From positions 238,762,001 through 238,826,000 of the forward strand of contig OZ024743.1 of NCBI GenBank assembly GCA_964016885.1: 64,000 nucleotides of DNA. The letters run 5' to 3'. The position numbers and the translations under genes are program-made. Shown piece by piece: positions 28,030 through 42,414 of this stretch. Source of the stretch: Eledone cirrhosa (lineage: Eukaryota). The notes below the pieces were generated by a model. It was not told the DNA's origin and searched no databases. It saw nothing but the letters and a program-made list of their open reading frames with translations. Within the stretch, counting starts at the first letter, position 1, and every line of letters starts with the position of its first letter.

Positions 28030-31000
28030 ATGACCTCACTCAGAATAGGCAGCATAAATGCGCGTGGCTTGGGGTCGTCATGGAAGCAGGGTCACCTGCT
28101 CAACGACATCAGGTCACTAAACATACATGTAGTGGCCATCAGCGAGACCAGAATCTCCGAAGCACAGGCCTTCGCACCGATCTTCGGTGGCTACGATGTG
28201 TACGCATCTCCCAGCCGTCCTGGATCGGAGGGAGGAGTTGCTGTGCTTTTTCGGAGAGGTTTGGATCTCGCCATACGGGCCATCTTCCTGGACCCAGAGG
28301 GTAAGTTGGTGGTGCTGGACGTGACCAGCGGAGACGGGCAAGCTTTCAGGCAAGTGGCCGTCTATACCCCGACAGGAGCAGGGCGGCCTGATTTCTTCCG
28401 GTGTCTGGAGACCTTTCTTGGAACGTCCCGCTCTTTAGTATTCGTGGGCGCCTGGAACGGGATCTTAGTTGCACGCTTGGACTGTGTGGGATTAGCGGAT
28501 AGGGGTGGAGGGGGCAAGAGCCTCCGCAACCTGCTCAGGCGTTTTGAACTGTCTGACAGGTACCGATTGGATTTCCCGAATGTGCCAATGTGGACTTGGA
28601 CAAATCGCATAGGGTCATCCAGATCATATCTAGATAGAGTATTTTGTAGGGAAATAGATAGGTCTAGCATAGGCTCTCCACAATTCAAGATAGTCAGCTA
28701 CACGGACCACAAATTCGTGATCTGCGTGCTTGACTTAGATAGGCTTCATAGACGGGGACCCGGCTACTGGAAGCTAAACGCGTCCTTACCAGCACGCAAG
28801 GCCTACAGGGACCGGATTAGCGAACTAGTTAAGCGGGCGTTGACGGGGGTCATCGTCAACAACAAGTGGTGGTTTGCTCAGAAAAGAGCGATTAGAATAG
28901 AATCCATTAGGTTTAGTAAGGCTTTAGCAATAGAGAAAAATAGACCAGAGGGAGAACTAGTTAGAAAATTAGACGAGGCGCTTAGCAAAGGCATCGCGAC
29001 CGACGTGCTTGCGGCAAAATTGGCCCTTGACCAATTCTTCAATGCAAAGCACGAAGGAGGCGTTGTCAGAGCTAGGGTGCGTGCTCTCAGACACGAGGGG
29101 ACGAAAGCCGTTCAATGGGCCCGAGTGGCGGAGGCGCGTCGTGGCAACAAAGCCACGATCCGGTATTTGGTGGACAACGACGGGCGCATGCTACTCGATC
29201 CCGGGCAAATGTGTGAAGCTTTTCAGCGACACTTCACTCAGCTGTTCGAGGGCAGCTGTGGGCCGGGTCGAGGGATGGACTTTAGTGTTTACCTCGACGG
29301 ACTGCCGCGGCTCTCGGCCACTGAGGCGGAGTGTTGCGAAAAGCCGATAACAGCCGCTGAAGTACGGGAGGCAATGACTGGCTGCACAAGGGGTAAATCG
29401 CCGGGTTTGGGTGGTCTGCCCTATGAACTTTACGTACAGATGCCATACTTGTTCGGAGGCCTCTTGGCGGACGTCTACTGCAACTGACAACAGATAGGGA
29501 AAATTCCCAGCTCTGTGAGCCGAGGAACGGTGGCACTGCTGAGAAAGGATCCTAACAAGGGGGATAACATAGATAATTTCAGGCCCATAACTCTCCTAAA
29601 CACAGAGTTCAAGATTTTGCCCAAGGTGCTAGCAAAGAGGTTGGCGCTTGTCGTTGGTTGTCTGGTGGGAGAGGCGCAGACATGTGCCATTCCCGACAGA
29701 TCCATCCACGACAACCTCCACCTCATGCGATACATCGTAGAGAGGGTAGTTAGGGAACCTGGCACGGGTGGGTCCTTGATCAATTTAGATCAGTCGAAAT
29801 CTTTCGATAGGGTCGACCATCGTTACCTAGCGGCAGTCCTGAGGGCGGCTGGCTTTGGGCCCGTCTTCAGAGGATGGATCGCTGCCATGCACAGCGACAT
29901 CTGCTCTGTGGTGAGAGTGAACGGTCACCTTTCGGAACCGTTCAATATCATGCGCTCGTTCCGCCAAGGATGTCCCCTCTCGTCCCTCTTGTACGTATTG
30001 ACTCTCGAGCCATTACTGCACAAACTGGAGACGTTGAGGGGCGTCCCGCGCGAACTAGGATGCGGAAGATCCGTGTCAGCATATGCGGACGATGTCACCG
30101 TAGTGGTGTCGAACGCCAAACACATCGAGGCGATCGACACTACACTAAGAGAATACTAAGCGGTGACAGGAGAAATGATCAACCAGGAAAAGTCAGTGGG
30201 CCTGCAGCTCGGCACCTGGAGAGGCAGGTCCATGCCGTCCAACAGCGTCGTCGGACGCTGGACGGACGGACCGGTTAAATTGCTAGTGGTCTGGTTCGGT
30301 CCGGACCTCCAGACGGACAAAAACTGGGATGAGGTGACGGGCAGGGTGCCTCCTCTCGCCCAGAAAAGGAAGGGGAGGAAGCTATCCCTAAAAGTATAGC
30401 GGAGATGGCTAACGCGTATATCGCGTCTGCCATCTGCTACCGCCTGACCGTCGTACCTTGTCCTAAGCCCCGCCTGACTGCGCTGGAGCGTTTTCTCTTT
30501 CGCTTTTTGTGGAAGTCGACGGGCTCCGATGGTCAGGCGGTCCATCTGCTGTCAACACCCGCTACGTGGAGGGCTGGGAATGCCGTGGGTGATGATGCGC
30601 AGACACGCGCTCAGGCTACGACATCTCCACCTCTTCCTCGACGGTGATCAGGTGTCGTCGCCGTTTGCTAGACACGTATTTCCCCAGCTCGTTTCCTTGA
30701 GAGGAGCTGCAGTCCTGGGTCAAACGAAGACCGAGAGGGAGCGCCTGGAGACTGGAATGTCTTCAGGCGCTCACAGCCCTCGACCAATCGGGCAATGTGA
30801 TCGGTAGAAACTCCACCTCAGCGTTCTATAGAGGATTAGTGGAGGGCAAGAGCCACGACGTACTTGGGGAAACTCTAGGCGTCGACGAAAATCAACTAGC
30901 CAATCTCTTCGGAAGAAGTTTCGGGCCGGGACCTATGGACAACTTCCAGAAATCTCTGGCCTGGCAGTGCTACCGAGGAGCCTTGCTAGTTCGGGATAAA

Positions 31001-31449
31001 CTCTACAGGCATGGAGGTGCCGTCATTCGGGCATGTCCGACATGCGCGCAGGGCGACGAAACCGTCCTGCACGCACTCGTCCAGTGTCCGAAAATTGCTG
31101 ACTTTTAGGTTTATGTCGAACACCTTCTGTCGCGTGTAGGACGGATCCGGCTATCATCTGAGTCCATCGTGAGGATTGTCCCGCACTCTTCCTTTAGCCG
31201 GGAAGGGCAGGCAGTTTTTATATGTCTGGTGGCCATGGCGAAAGAGATAGTATGGTGGACACGTTGAAAGGGCTGAAGACGAGCACTTACCTCTTCGGTG
31301 ATGCCCTGATTGACTTTTTCAAATTTCATTTGAAAAGGAAAATCAGAGTAGAGAGGGAAGTGCTCTCTTCCCAGCATTTTGTTGAAAGATGAGTGAGATA
31401 GGCAAGAATGGCCCGAGTGAATGGGCCTACTCTGAGTACGTATCTGTAA
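28030..31449 (+). pseudogene. LINE D ORF2 (APE + RT + zinc motif), first 485 aa open
   Basis: INARGL, ISETR, SYLDRVF, YTDH, WKLNAS, RQGCPLS, YADD, CPTC..HALVQC. Confidence 0.92.
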
Positions 31450-31705
31450 ATTAAAGGTGGAAAACTGGGAGAGGGCACTTGCCTTGGTGGTCAGGGTCAC
31501 TGTGGCCTTTTACTGGGCTTTCCCCACAAATGTCCCTCCGAAGTCTCCCCTCTATTGGGGAATTTTTCATTGTTATTTTTGTTACATCCTCTGTTTTTGT
31601 TTTTTACACGCAGAAATGCTCATTTGTACCGTCCTGTATTGTCCTGCACTGTCCTTAATGTCCTTAATGTCTACTTTATGTAAACCCTTGTGGTTAATAA
31701 AGAAA

Positions 31706-31746
<41 letters not shown>

Positions 31747-31843
31747 AGTGAGAGAGAGAGAAGAGAGGAGAGAAAGAGTTATATATATATATATATATAG
31801 TTAAAAGAATAGAGGTGTAACACACAAGTTATTATATATTGGT

Positions 31844-32141
31844 AAACGGAATAGAAAATGCTGACAAATTGTTCACAGTTGAAAAATGGTTTAATTAGGA
31901 ATAAAAGAGTATTAGTGATGGTATGGGTTAGTACTCAGTTGTGGTTTTAAGTTTTTAAGTTTTTACCGGTTGCGCATTTCTAAATGCTTTTCAAAAATAA
32001 TTTTGAGATAGAGTGTCCGTGCTGTTTGCTCTGATCTGATTAGTTTTGAGAATTCTACCTGTTTTTATGTTAAAAAAGTGGCTCCAGCGCTGCTGGCCAT
32101 TGTCGCAGCATCGAACACCTTACTACTACTACTACACACAC

Positions 32142-32213
<72 letters not shown>

Positions 32214-32696
32214 ACACACACACATATTTGTTGTGAAAGAGTCATTTCTCAATCTTGGCGCAAAACCAATTTTTTGTCCACATGACCTCTACCGACCAAT
32301 CAAAATTGTTTTGACCAAGAATTTTTGCTGGAGCCACTTTTTTAACATAAAAACAGTCTTGGCGCAAAATCAACTTTTTACATTCACATGACCTCTACCG
32401 ACCAATCAAAATTGTTTTGACCACAAGTATTTTTGCAACACAAAAATAACGCTGGAGCCACTTTTTTAACATAAAAACAGGTAGAATTCCCAAAACTAAT
32501 CAGATCAGAGCAAACAGCACGGACACACTATCTCAAAATTAATTTTGAAAAGCATTTAGAAATGCGCAACCGGTAAAAACTTAAAAACTTAAAACCACAA
32601 CTGAATACTAACCCATACAATCACTAATACTCTTTTATTCCTAATTAAACCATTTTTCAACTGTGAACAATTTGTCAGCATTTTCTATTCCGTTTA

Positions 32697-32703
<7 letters not shown>
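31844..32703. mobile_element. Fold-back pLTR-type element with about 250-bp inverted arms
   Basis: 31844-32089 is the reverse complement of 32450-32703; hammerhead-like TTGAAAA-GCATTT/AAATGC-GCAA-CCGG-TA at 32543-32579; flanked by (TA)n. Confidence 0.8.
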
Positions 32704-32749
<46 letters not shown>

Positions 32750-32816
32750 GTTATTCCGGGTTGAATCGGAGGTAACCACAGTAAGTAAGGTACTCAATAC
32801 ATTGCAGAGTATAAAA

Positions 32817-32869
32817 GAGATTCCTGATAATTTCTAAAGAGTGAAACAGTTCTGGTCCTGTAGAATCTC
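32817..32869 (+). ncRNA. Hammerhead motif (G8A), paralogue of 5714
   Basis: GAGATTC-CTGATAA-..-GAAA-CAG..CTG-TA-GAATCTC. Confidence 0.7.
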
Positions 32870-32882
32870 ATCTATATTAAAA

Positions 32883-32937
<55 letters not shown>

Positions 32938-33187
32938 GGAGAGAGAGAGAGACCGACTGAAAGATAGATAGAATTAAAATTTGTTTCAAGAAAAATAACA
33001 GATTCTTGTCTGTTGAGAGTATATGTGTGAAAGATAAATAGGTATAGATGGTAGTCACCTGAAAACACGTGCAATGCTAAGTGCAAGACTGTGAACACGT
33101 GTGAAATAAAAGCGTGTGTCCTAAGAAAAACCAGGCTACAGCTGGCGTTTTATGATTTTCATAGAATACATTGTTGTATTATTTTCT

Positions 33188-33370
33188 GTGGATTGGCAGT
33201 ACCGGTAGAGTGTCGGACGCCATGCTTTGACGCAAAGAGTTACGTCCCTTTCCATTCTGAGTTCAAATCCCGCCGAGTTTAACTTTGCCTTTCATCCTTA
33301 CGGGGTCGATAAAATAAAGTACCAGTAATACACTGGTAATTGCTGGCCTTGTGCCAAACGTAGAAACAAT
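33188..33370 (+). mobile_element. tRNA-derived (ATT)n SINE with 10-bp TSD
   Basis: TSD ATTATTTTCT at 33178-33187 and 33369-33378. Confidence 0.9.
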
Positions 33371-33619
33371 TATTTTCTTTATTACTTTCAGTATTTAAAT
33401 AATCTAAATAAGTTTCTAAAAAGTATGTTATGCAATATTTATATACCTTTTGACGTTTTTTATTTTAAGGAAAATTGACATTACGATAGATACAAAAAGT
33501 AGCCTCATGAATAGATTTGAGAACAGTACTATTAGGGGCGAAGGCCGAGTGACTACTAGTATATATGTATATAATTAAGTGTAATGAGTTATATGTTTTG
33601 ATTACGTCTAGACAAGCTG

Positions 33620-33647
<28 letters not shown>

Positions 33648-33652
<5 letters not shown>

Positions 33653-33784
33653 AACAAGTAGGACCCCGACGACTGAGCTCAAGCTGTCGGGGTCCTACTT
33701 GTTCCTATTACCCACTCTACTACCCTAAGTATTGAGTACTTTGGTGCTTTATGGTCCATCTGGTTCCTTACCACATTTCCTTCG

Positions 33785-33790
<6 letters not shown>
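33648..33790 (+). mobile_element. pLTR fragment, GGGGTCCT family, hairpin-ended
   Basis: Palindrome 33648-33706 followed by the tail ATTACCCACTCTACTACCCTAAGTATTGAGTACT; relatives at 34597, 45029 and 57805. Confidence 0.7.
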
Positions 33791-33830
<40 letters not shown>

Positions 33831-34517
33831 GCACACATATATACATAATCGAATATACACAGACACAGAGACGGAAACACATATATATATATACATATGT
33901 GTGTGATTGTATGTTTGTGTGTGCGAATCAAAATAACTAAAATAGTCGGTGAGAGGCTGCTAATTAGTTCGACTTAGTTCGAGGAAAATTTACCCGATGA
34001 GCATCTATCACAAAAACTGTAACACTAACCACCTAATCTCGCTAAAGCCATTTCTTCAGGGCCAATTGAGTTCTAATAACGTTATTTGTCCCACCATAAA
34101 CAGGTGGAAACCAATATATGTATATATATATAAGAATAACATTAAGAAAAATGCTGTTACATACATCGTCTATACATAATAATTATTTCAACGGTTCCCT
34201 TATGCAACCATGATGTAATTTATGCATTTGTTGTTGTTATGAGAACGGTATGTTCAGATGAAAATTCCGATTTTGTGATATGCCCGGCTGTCCAGCTTTC
34301 TCCCTCTTACTCCTGCTTACTTCTGCTTACTCCTGTTTTTACCAAAACAATTTCTACTGAGCAATATATATATATATATATATATATATTATGAAGGCAA
34401 ATGCACTTTCAGTTCTCTCAATGAATACATTCTCTACACCTGTATTGAACTTTTTTTCTCCTAGAGTTAGTCATTCGCGTTAGTATATCACCGCATATCG
34501 ATCTAAACCTTCATTAT

Positions 34518-34596
<79 letters not shown>

Positions 34597-34601
<5 letters not shown>

Positions 34602-34785
34602 AGAGTCAGGATAGCAACGGCTGAGCTCCTGCCGTTTCGACAGCTATATCCGAACTAGCTGTCGAAACGGCCGGAGCTTAGCCGTCGGGGTCCTGACTCT
34701 TTTCCTATTACCCACTCTTCTACCATAAGTATCGAGTATTCTGGTGCGTTATGGTCCAACTAGTATCTTATCACATGTTCTTTGT

Positions 34786-34790
<5 letters not shown>
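34597..34790 (+). mobile_element. pLTR fragment, GGGGTCCT family, with hammerhead 3' half
   Basis: GACAGCTA..TAGCTGTC-GAAA-CGGC..GCCG-TC-GGGG; inverted arms 34597-34645 and 34657-34706. Confidence 0.7.
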
Positions 34791-34822
<32 letters not shown>

Positions 34823-34894
34823 GCACGCATGTATGTATGTATGTATGTATGTATGTATGTATGTATGTATGTATGTATGTATGTATGTATGTAT

Positions 34895-35307
<413 letters not shown>

Positions 35308-35924
35308 GATGCTGAAAACGAGGAGACCTCTATGGAAGTACAGGATGTATGGAGAGATACAGAGATATGTAAAATTCCGCTGGCGGAATTTTACATGTTA
35401 AAAATGTTGTATCCTTGGTCAAAACACACAGCCCACCCTTTACTCTACAATATTTAATCCCTGCGGTCATCTTCCTACTTTCGGTCTCTATCTTTAAATT
35501 CAAAATCACACCAGTCTCGTAATTTTAAGAAAGAAAAATCAAAATACTTACATATTTCAATTTGTTATTGCATCCATATGTTTAAATATTATTAAATATT
35601 TTAAACTTAACTCGCTGTGTTTATATTTTCATTTCCTATTAAGCTGTGTTAAAATATTTTTATATTTATTCGTAGCTATGGTAAATGATACTTTCCCCTG
35701 ATGCTACCTAGGGAGATCGAACTTATAACTAAGTGATTGCGAGGCGAGAATATCTATTCTGCCATCTTGATTTCACACATAAAAGCGCATAAACGCACAC
35801 ACATATACATACACATAGAAACATTGACACGGACAAACATGTACACGTATAAACACTTACTCAGATAGACGCACGCACATACATATTAGACACACACATA
35901 TATAAGCATATTTTGGCCATATAC

Positions 35925-36232
35925 ATAGGGTAAAGACCTCCTTCGAATGACCATCGGATTTGCGCCTAGATAGTTCCCCTCCGAGGCTAGGTTGTTCGTC
36001 GAAGACTAGCAGCCGCCCATACATACGAGGCTTCCCTCACCACACCACCAATGTTGTCCAAAGGCCGATACAGTTTGGTACCAACATCGCAACTCATTTC
36101 TACAGCTGAGTGCACTGGAGCAACGTGAAATAAAGTGTCTTGCTCAAGAACATAACGCAAAGCCCGGTCCGAGAATCGAACTGACAACCTGACGATTGTA
36201 AGCCGACACTCTAATCTCTAAGTCATGCGCCA
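35925..36232 (-). mobile_element. tRNA-derived CORE-type SINE
   Basis: Minus strand: GGCGCATG..AGTTCGATTC (B box)..GTTCTTGAGCAAGACACTTTATTTCAC (CORE-like); partial relatives at 6760-6810, 37346-37490 and 62340-62440. Confidence 0.8.
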
Positions 36233-38037
36233 TATACGGCCATATACGTAGATAAACATATTTTGGCCATATACATATATATACACACACTCATAAATTC
36301 ATACTCATATATAAGAAACACTCATTCACATATATACCTACGGACACTCACACTCACATACAGAGAAAGAGGTAACTGTCAATGAGATACACAACAAACA
36401 GGTCATATACACAGACAGACACACGTAGACATACATACTCACACACACAGTAACAGGCAGATATACACACACACAAACACACATGCACACAAACGCACAC
36501 ACAAACTGAAATCGAAAGTAAATGTCAAGCTGGCAACCACATGCTGAGTTGCACGTGCATTACACTCGTCATCCACTGCCCTCCCACCACGATCGCCACG
36601 ACCGTCACCAACACCACCATCACCACGACCATCAGCACCACTAGCACCACCACAACACTCACACCACCGTTACCACCACTACATCTCCTACCAGCACCAC
36701 CATCTGCAGTCAACCTCCTACAGTGTGTATGTGTGTGTCCCCAGTGACAGCCAGTGTTCGTGGTTACGTTTCTCAGCATCCTCCCACTTCCTTAGAAACT
36801 TTCCTGCAACTCCTTTCCCTTTCTCCTCTCCTTTCCTCACACACGTTCAATAACAACACTAACTGCCCTTCTTCTCCTTCTACTTTATATGAAAGCCATC
36901 CTAAGAGAGACAGACAACACCGACTGCTCCCCCCCCCCCACTCCCCCCTCTCACTCTCTCTCTCTCGTTAACTTGTTTTTTATTACTTTATTATAGTTCT
37001 GTAAGCAGCTTCGAACAATATTGAAGTAGCCTCCCTCTTCGCAGCCACTCAAACTGCTAGAAACAACAGCCAAATGTCCTTAAATCCCACCACCTTAAAA
37101 GCGGAAAATCACGTTGGACAGTGCAATACTAGATAAGTGGACACCATGGCCGAATGGTTAAGAAGTTCGTTTTCGCAATCATAAGGTTCCAGGTTCTTGG
37201 AATCTTATGTTAAAAGTTCAAGTCAGTCTCAAGCACGGGTGCTCACCAAGCCGATGCTTAACCTGATGTTTTTGGCGATAAACGACTGAGAGTACATAAC
37301 GTCACCCTGGACAAGACACCGATCAATCGCAGAGTTAACTCTCAGTTAATGCTGGTATTCCTTTTCAGCTGAGTGTATTGGAGAAATGTGAAATGAAGTG
37401 TTTTGCTCAAGAACACTACATGCAACCCAGTCCAGTAATCTAACCCACGAAATTATGATCCTAAGTCCAATACCGTATCCACAAGGACATGAGCATTGGA
37501 ATCTCAGGCAAGTGTCATTTACCATCATAGCCTTCGGTTGACGCCAGCCAAGTTAGATAAATTAGGTAGACAGCAACTGTTTGGAAGCCCGTCGAAAGGA
37601 CTGCATCTGCAATCGAATGAGCTAGCGAGGCGCTCTGCTGAATAATATTTGCTCCTAATGCGATGTGTTGAAGAAGGTATAAACAAAAAATTAAATTTTC
37701 ATGTAGAATCGATTGTTTCAAATAGAAACAAGTCACATACCAACATACAAATGAGAGGATTTTATAAAGCTTAGCGCAAACTCACCATCTTACAGATAGC
37801 GTATTTTCTTCTTAATTGGGTGAATGTATATAGTGATAAAGAGATAGATATAGATAGAAGAGAGATAGAGAGAGAGGAAGAGAAAGAAAGAGAGTGGGAG
37901 AGAGACAGACAGTGAGACAGATCGATTGACAGACAAATAGATATAAATAAACATTATATATATATATATGTATATATATATATCGTTTTTGTGTGTGAAT
38001 GTGTGTGAATATACGTCACTGGGCTGTCTATGTGTGG

Positions 38038-38142
<105 letters not shown>

Positions 38143-38235
38143 TAATATATATAGGAGGTGAGTTTTATTGTAGAAGAATAAAACTATGCATATATCAGAT
38201 AAGTAGCACTCAACAGTTGATAGAACTGGAGTATA

Positions 38236-38516
<281 letters not shown>

Positions 38517-38785
38517 AAAGTTCTATTTAAATTGTTGGGATACAACAAGCAAATATTTCTATAACTGATATAAAGCACTCAACAAATATTTGGAGTAAAA
38601 AATACGATATTAACAAATGGAAACTATATTTCTCCGTAACCCAACGGCATATTTTAAAAATAAAATATCCAATACTAATAATAATATAATTAAAGCTACA
38701 ACTCCACTATCCGGGAACTTCCAACAGTAATGGTTGCATTTTTTAAGGGTATGTCAATATTTATTTATAAAACTGATCTATATTA

Positions 38786-38850
38786 TATTTTATCTGATGA
38801 AAGCACACCATAATTTAACTTGGTGTTCTTGAAATATGTATAATGAAATA
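38786..38850 (+). ncRNA. Type I hammerhead ribozyme, canonical core
   Basis: TATTTTAT-CTGATGA-AAGCACACCA..TGGTGTTCTT-GAAA-TATGTA-TA-ATGAAATA; element termini inverted (about 38603-38631 vs 38864-38892). Confidence 0.85.
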
Positions 38851-38889
38851 AATATGGTTTTATAAATATAGTTTCCATTTGTTAATATC

Positions 38890-38955
<66 letters not shown>

Positions 38956-39001
38956 GAAATGACAGGAGGCTGGACTTGTGTACATCATTGAAAGGTTTAT
39001 T

Positions 39002-39059
39002 ATACTATGATCATTTCAATGACCGGGTTCTGTATGAATCCGGTGATATCATCAGGTAT
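39002..39059 (-). ncRNA. Type I hammerhead ribozyme, canonical core
   Basis: Minus strand: ATAC-CTGATGA-..ACCGG..CCGGT..-GAAA-TGATCA-TA-GTAT. Confidence 0.85.
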
Positions 39060-39361
39060 TCGAAATATAATAAATGAATGTAATAGATAAAATCCATGGG
39101 GCTGAAAATCAAAGACCGGAGGACGACCGCCATCTCGCATCTTCCACTTTTGCCGGTCGCCCTCAAGTGAGGGGGCTAAAGCTTATAGTGTGCTACTACC
39201 GGTCAAATAGGGGAAAACAGAAAGGGAGAGGAAGATAAGTCAGCCTTGATATCATGCCACAAGAAAAAAGACAGAAAGAAGGGGGAAGAGAGGCATATAC
39301 AGTGAGTGTGTTCTGTTATTATCTCTGGTAATATTATAACAATATGACCCTCCCCAAGTAT

Positions 39362-39424
<63 letters not shown>

Positions 39425-39451
39425 CACACAAATATATATATATATATGTAT

Positions 39452-42410
39452 ATTGCTACTGCTTGTCAGAAGATTGTCAGTCCTTCATTGAACATTGCAC
39501 GATCATGTACAGGAGGGTGACCTTTCAAGCCTGCTTTTGTTTTGCAGGTACATTCACAGATGTGTCTTCATGCATTCTACCATGTCTGGCCAGTACACCA
39601 GCTGTCTTGAAAGTTAAGCCACACTCACTGCAAATGTACCGTGGAGGGTGCGGTGGTATATGCATTTCACAGGTGACTCGATTCCTCTCTGGGTCGTGGG
39701 ATTTCAGATGGTTGAGAAATCAAGCCCCTGTTAGAAGAAATCGGCCACATACATTGCACTTCAATTGCTGCTGGATTTTTGCAGGAGCTGCACTCGGATC
39801 CCGCTTAAGGAGTGGACGCTTCTAAACAGCAAGTGCCACTCGCTTTTTCTCAAATACATCACATCCGTACTTGATGATCTTTCTCCACGATGTACGGCCC
39901 TCAGCCAGTCTCACCTAGCTTTCCCTATCAATCTTAAGAGCTTTAAGATTGTCTTTTATGACATCCATAAAATTCTTCTGTGGCCATTTCTCTATGGTCA
40001 ACGCCTCGTAAAATAACTGTTTAGGCAGCCTTCCATGTTCTTTCCTGACCATATGGCTAATCTAACACATTCGGTTCATAATAATTCTCCTCTCAATACT
40101 GGTGTTGGCCGTCTTCTCCAGTACAGCAGCATCAGATGTGTACAAGGACTTGTTGATATTTAGGATGCGTCAGATACAATGTTGATGAAACTTTTCCAGC
40201 TGCCTGATGTGATGTTTGTAAGTTGTCCACGTTTCGCATACATATAGCAGGGCTGTATGAACACAAGCCTCATAAACGAAGAGCTTTGTATTTTTCGTGA
40301 TACCTTGATTTAACCAGACTCGCTTCTCAAACTTCCCGAAGGCAAGGCACACTTTCGCAATCCTGTGATCTATTTCAGCATCGGGAGCACCATTTCTTCC
40401 GAGATACACAAAGATGTCCGTCAACTCAAGGCTTTTTCCTATCACGAAAATGTTTGGCTCCACATACACAACCTCAGTTGGTAGAGTGTACATGACCTTC
40501 GTCTTTTTTATACTAATATTTAGCCCAAACACAGTGCATGCATTGGAGAAGGTGCCCAACATTATCTGCAAATCATCTACAGTGTGTGCCACAAAATCTG
40601 CATAGGAACTCCATAACAAAAGAGCCAAATGTTTTGGACGTGGTGCTAAACCGTCTTAGATTTAAAATGTTCGCAAGTCTTTGAAAGTATATGTCAGCAC
40701 CCTGACAACGTAGATGGAGAAAAGAGTGGGTGCAGGTATGCCGGTTTCCACTGATATTGGCTCTGACAGTGTCCCGTTAAAGTCTATTTTTGCTTTCATA
40801 TTTTGATGAAGTTCTTTTAATATTCCAAAAATTCATAAGGGCATCCAAATTTCCCCAATATCAGACACAGTGCACTATGATTAATAGAATCGAAGGCTTT
40901 GGTAACGGCCACACAAAATCGATATAGTGACACTTACTGCTCAGCACATTTCTCCATAAGCTGGTGGGCTGAAAACAATCATGTCCATAGTACCCCGGCC
41001 AGCTCTGAATCCAGACTGGGTTTCAGGAATAACACCATGGCAGATCCATTTTATTAGATAATTCAGGAAGACCTTGGATAAGGTTTTTTCTACCGATACG
41101 AGCAGATGTATATCAGCATAACCACCGTATTTAGAGTTAGAGCCCTTGACCTTATAAATAGACAGCAAAACTGCATCTACTCAATCTTGCGGGACAGGCT
41201 CACCATGCCATACAGATAAAACTATCCCATGAATGGCCATAGCAACATTGTCTCCTCCAAAGCGGATCAGCTCAACAAGTATTCCATCCAAACCAGGAGT
41301 TTTCCCTATGTTTATCTCTTTGATAATAGACCTTATCTTATCAATGGTTGGATAATTCATCATCTCTGTTACAGTCTCCTTTTGCGGTAATTCATTAATC
41401 ATTTTCTCAACAACTACAGATGTTTTGTCAAACAGATCGTTCAAATGTTCAGTCCACTGAATCATGATTCCTACTGGATCATTGATGAGAAAGTTCCCAT
41501 CTTCTGGTTTCAATGGTGCTATTTTTTAGGGCTGTGGATCCAAAACGTGCCGTATTGTGCTGTATAATGCCTTCTAGTATTTGCAGTTATAAGCCCTCTA
41601 CTTCGCTGCTGAAAGGTCAGATCACCAGTTATTCATCTTTCTAGTTTTACATTGCAGTTTTGAATTTGCTTCTTTGAAAGCCTTCTCAAAAGTGGTCCTC
41701 ACTGGACCCTCAGTGACAAGACATTTTTCATACGGCTTGTTATTCTCTTCAGGGAGCATGGTCATTGCAGCATCATTATTATTGCACCAGTCTCAGATGT
41801 TTGTCTTCCTAAGACCTAGTATATCAACACCTGCGTTTTAAACTGTTACAAAATTCCATCAAAAACGAAGATGTCAACTGTATTTTGATGAGCATCTCGC
41901 ATTTCTAAACGTTGTAGTTTCGACACATCGATACGTCTTGGCATATGTACCGCTGCTGCCCTCAAGTTTCTTCTGATCTGCACCTTTATCTTGCCACAAA
42001 CAAGTTTGTGTTCTGTACCACAATCTGCACCACGCATTACTCTTACAGGGCAGATATCCAGGAGGCCCCTCTTCATGGTGATTATATAATCCCAGATATG
42101 TCCATGTTTGAGTTTCGGGTACACCCTTGTTGCGTTGTGGATCTCCTTTTGCTGAAAAATGTATTGAACCCCAGCTGAAACTCGGTGCATAATTGCAAAA
42201 GGAGACGACCATTGGCATTCATCTTGCACATACCGTGACGTCCTAAAATACTCCGGATTGTTTCTCCTTTCCCACACGTGCATTGAAATCGCCAGTCGGT
42301 GTTACAAAACCTCGTAACTATTGGTAAAAAACCATGATTGATTCCTGGCTACTATCCAGAGTAGGAGCATACACTGAAATGATAGTCATGAAACGTCCCA
42401 TTGAAATGTG
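39452..42410 (-). mobile_element. RTE (BovB-like) LINE, decayed, with two C-terminal C2H2-like fingers
   Basis: ISVYAPT, PETQSGFRAGRGTMDMI, GLNISIKKTKVM, LLYVCETWT; CNVC..H..H and CSEC..H..H near 39600-39770. Confidence 0.9.
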
Positions 42411-42414
42411 CTTA

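Larger units (their letters stand above)
25618..31743 (+). mobile_element. Tx1-type LINE copy D, full-length but decayed
   Basis: Begins directly after the (ATT)n tail of C; ORF1, ORF2, 3'UTR, AATAAAGAAATC(ATT)12. Confidence 0.93.

Noticed and set aside
37145-37200. tRNA-like A/B box sequences (also about 35700-35760, 49380-49440 and 49880-49930)
   Set aside because: No complete cloverleaf; these look like decayed SINE heads rather than tRNA genes
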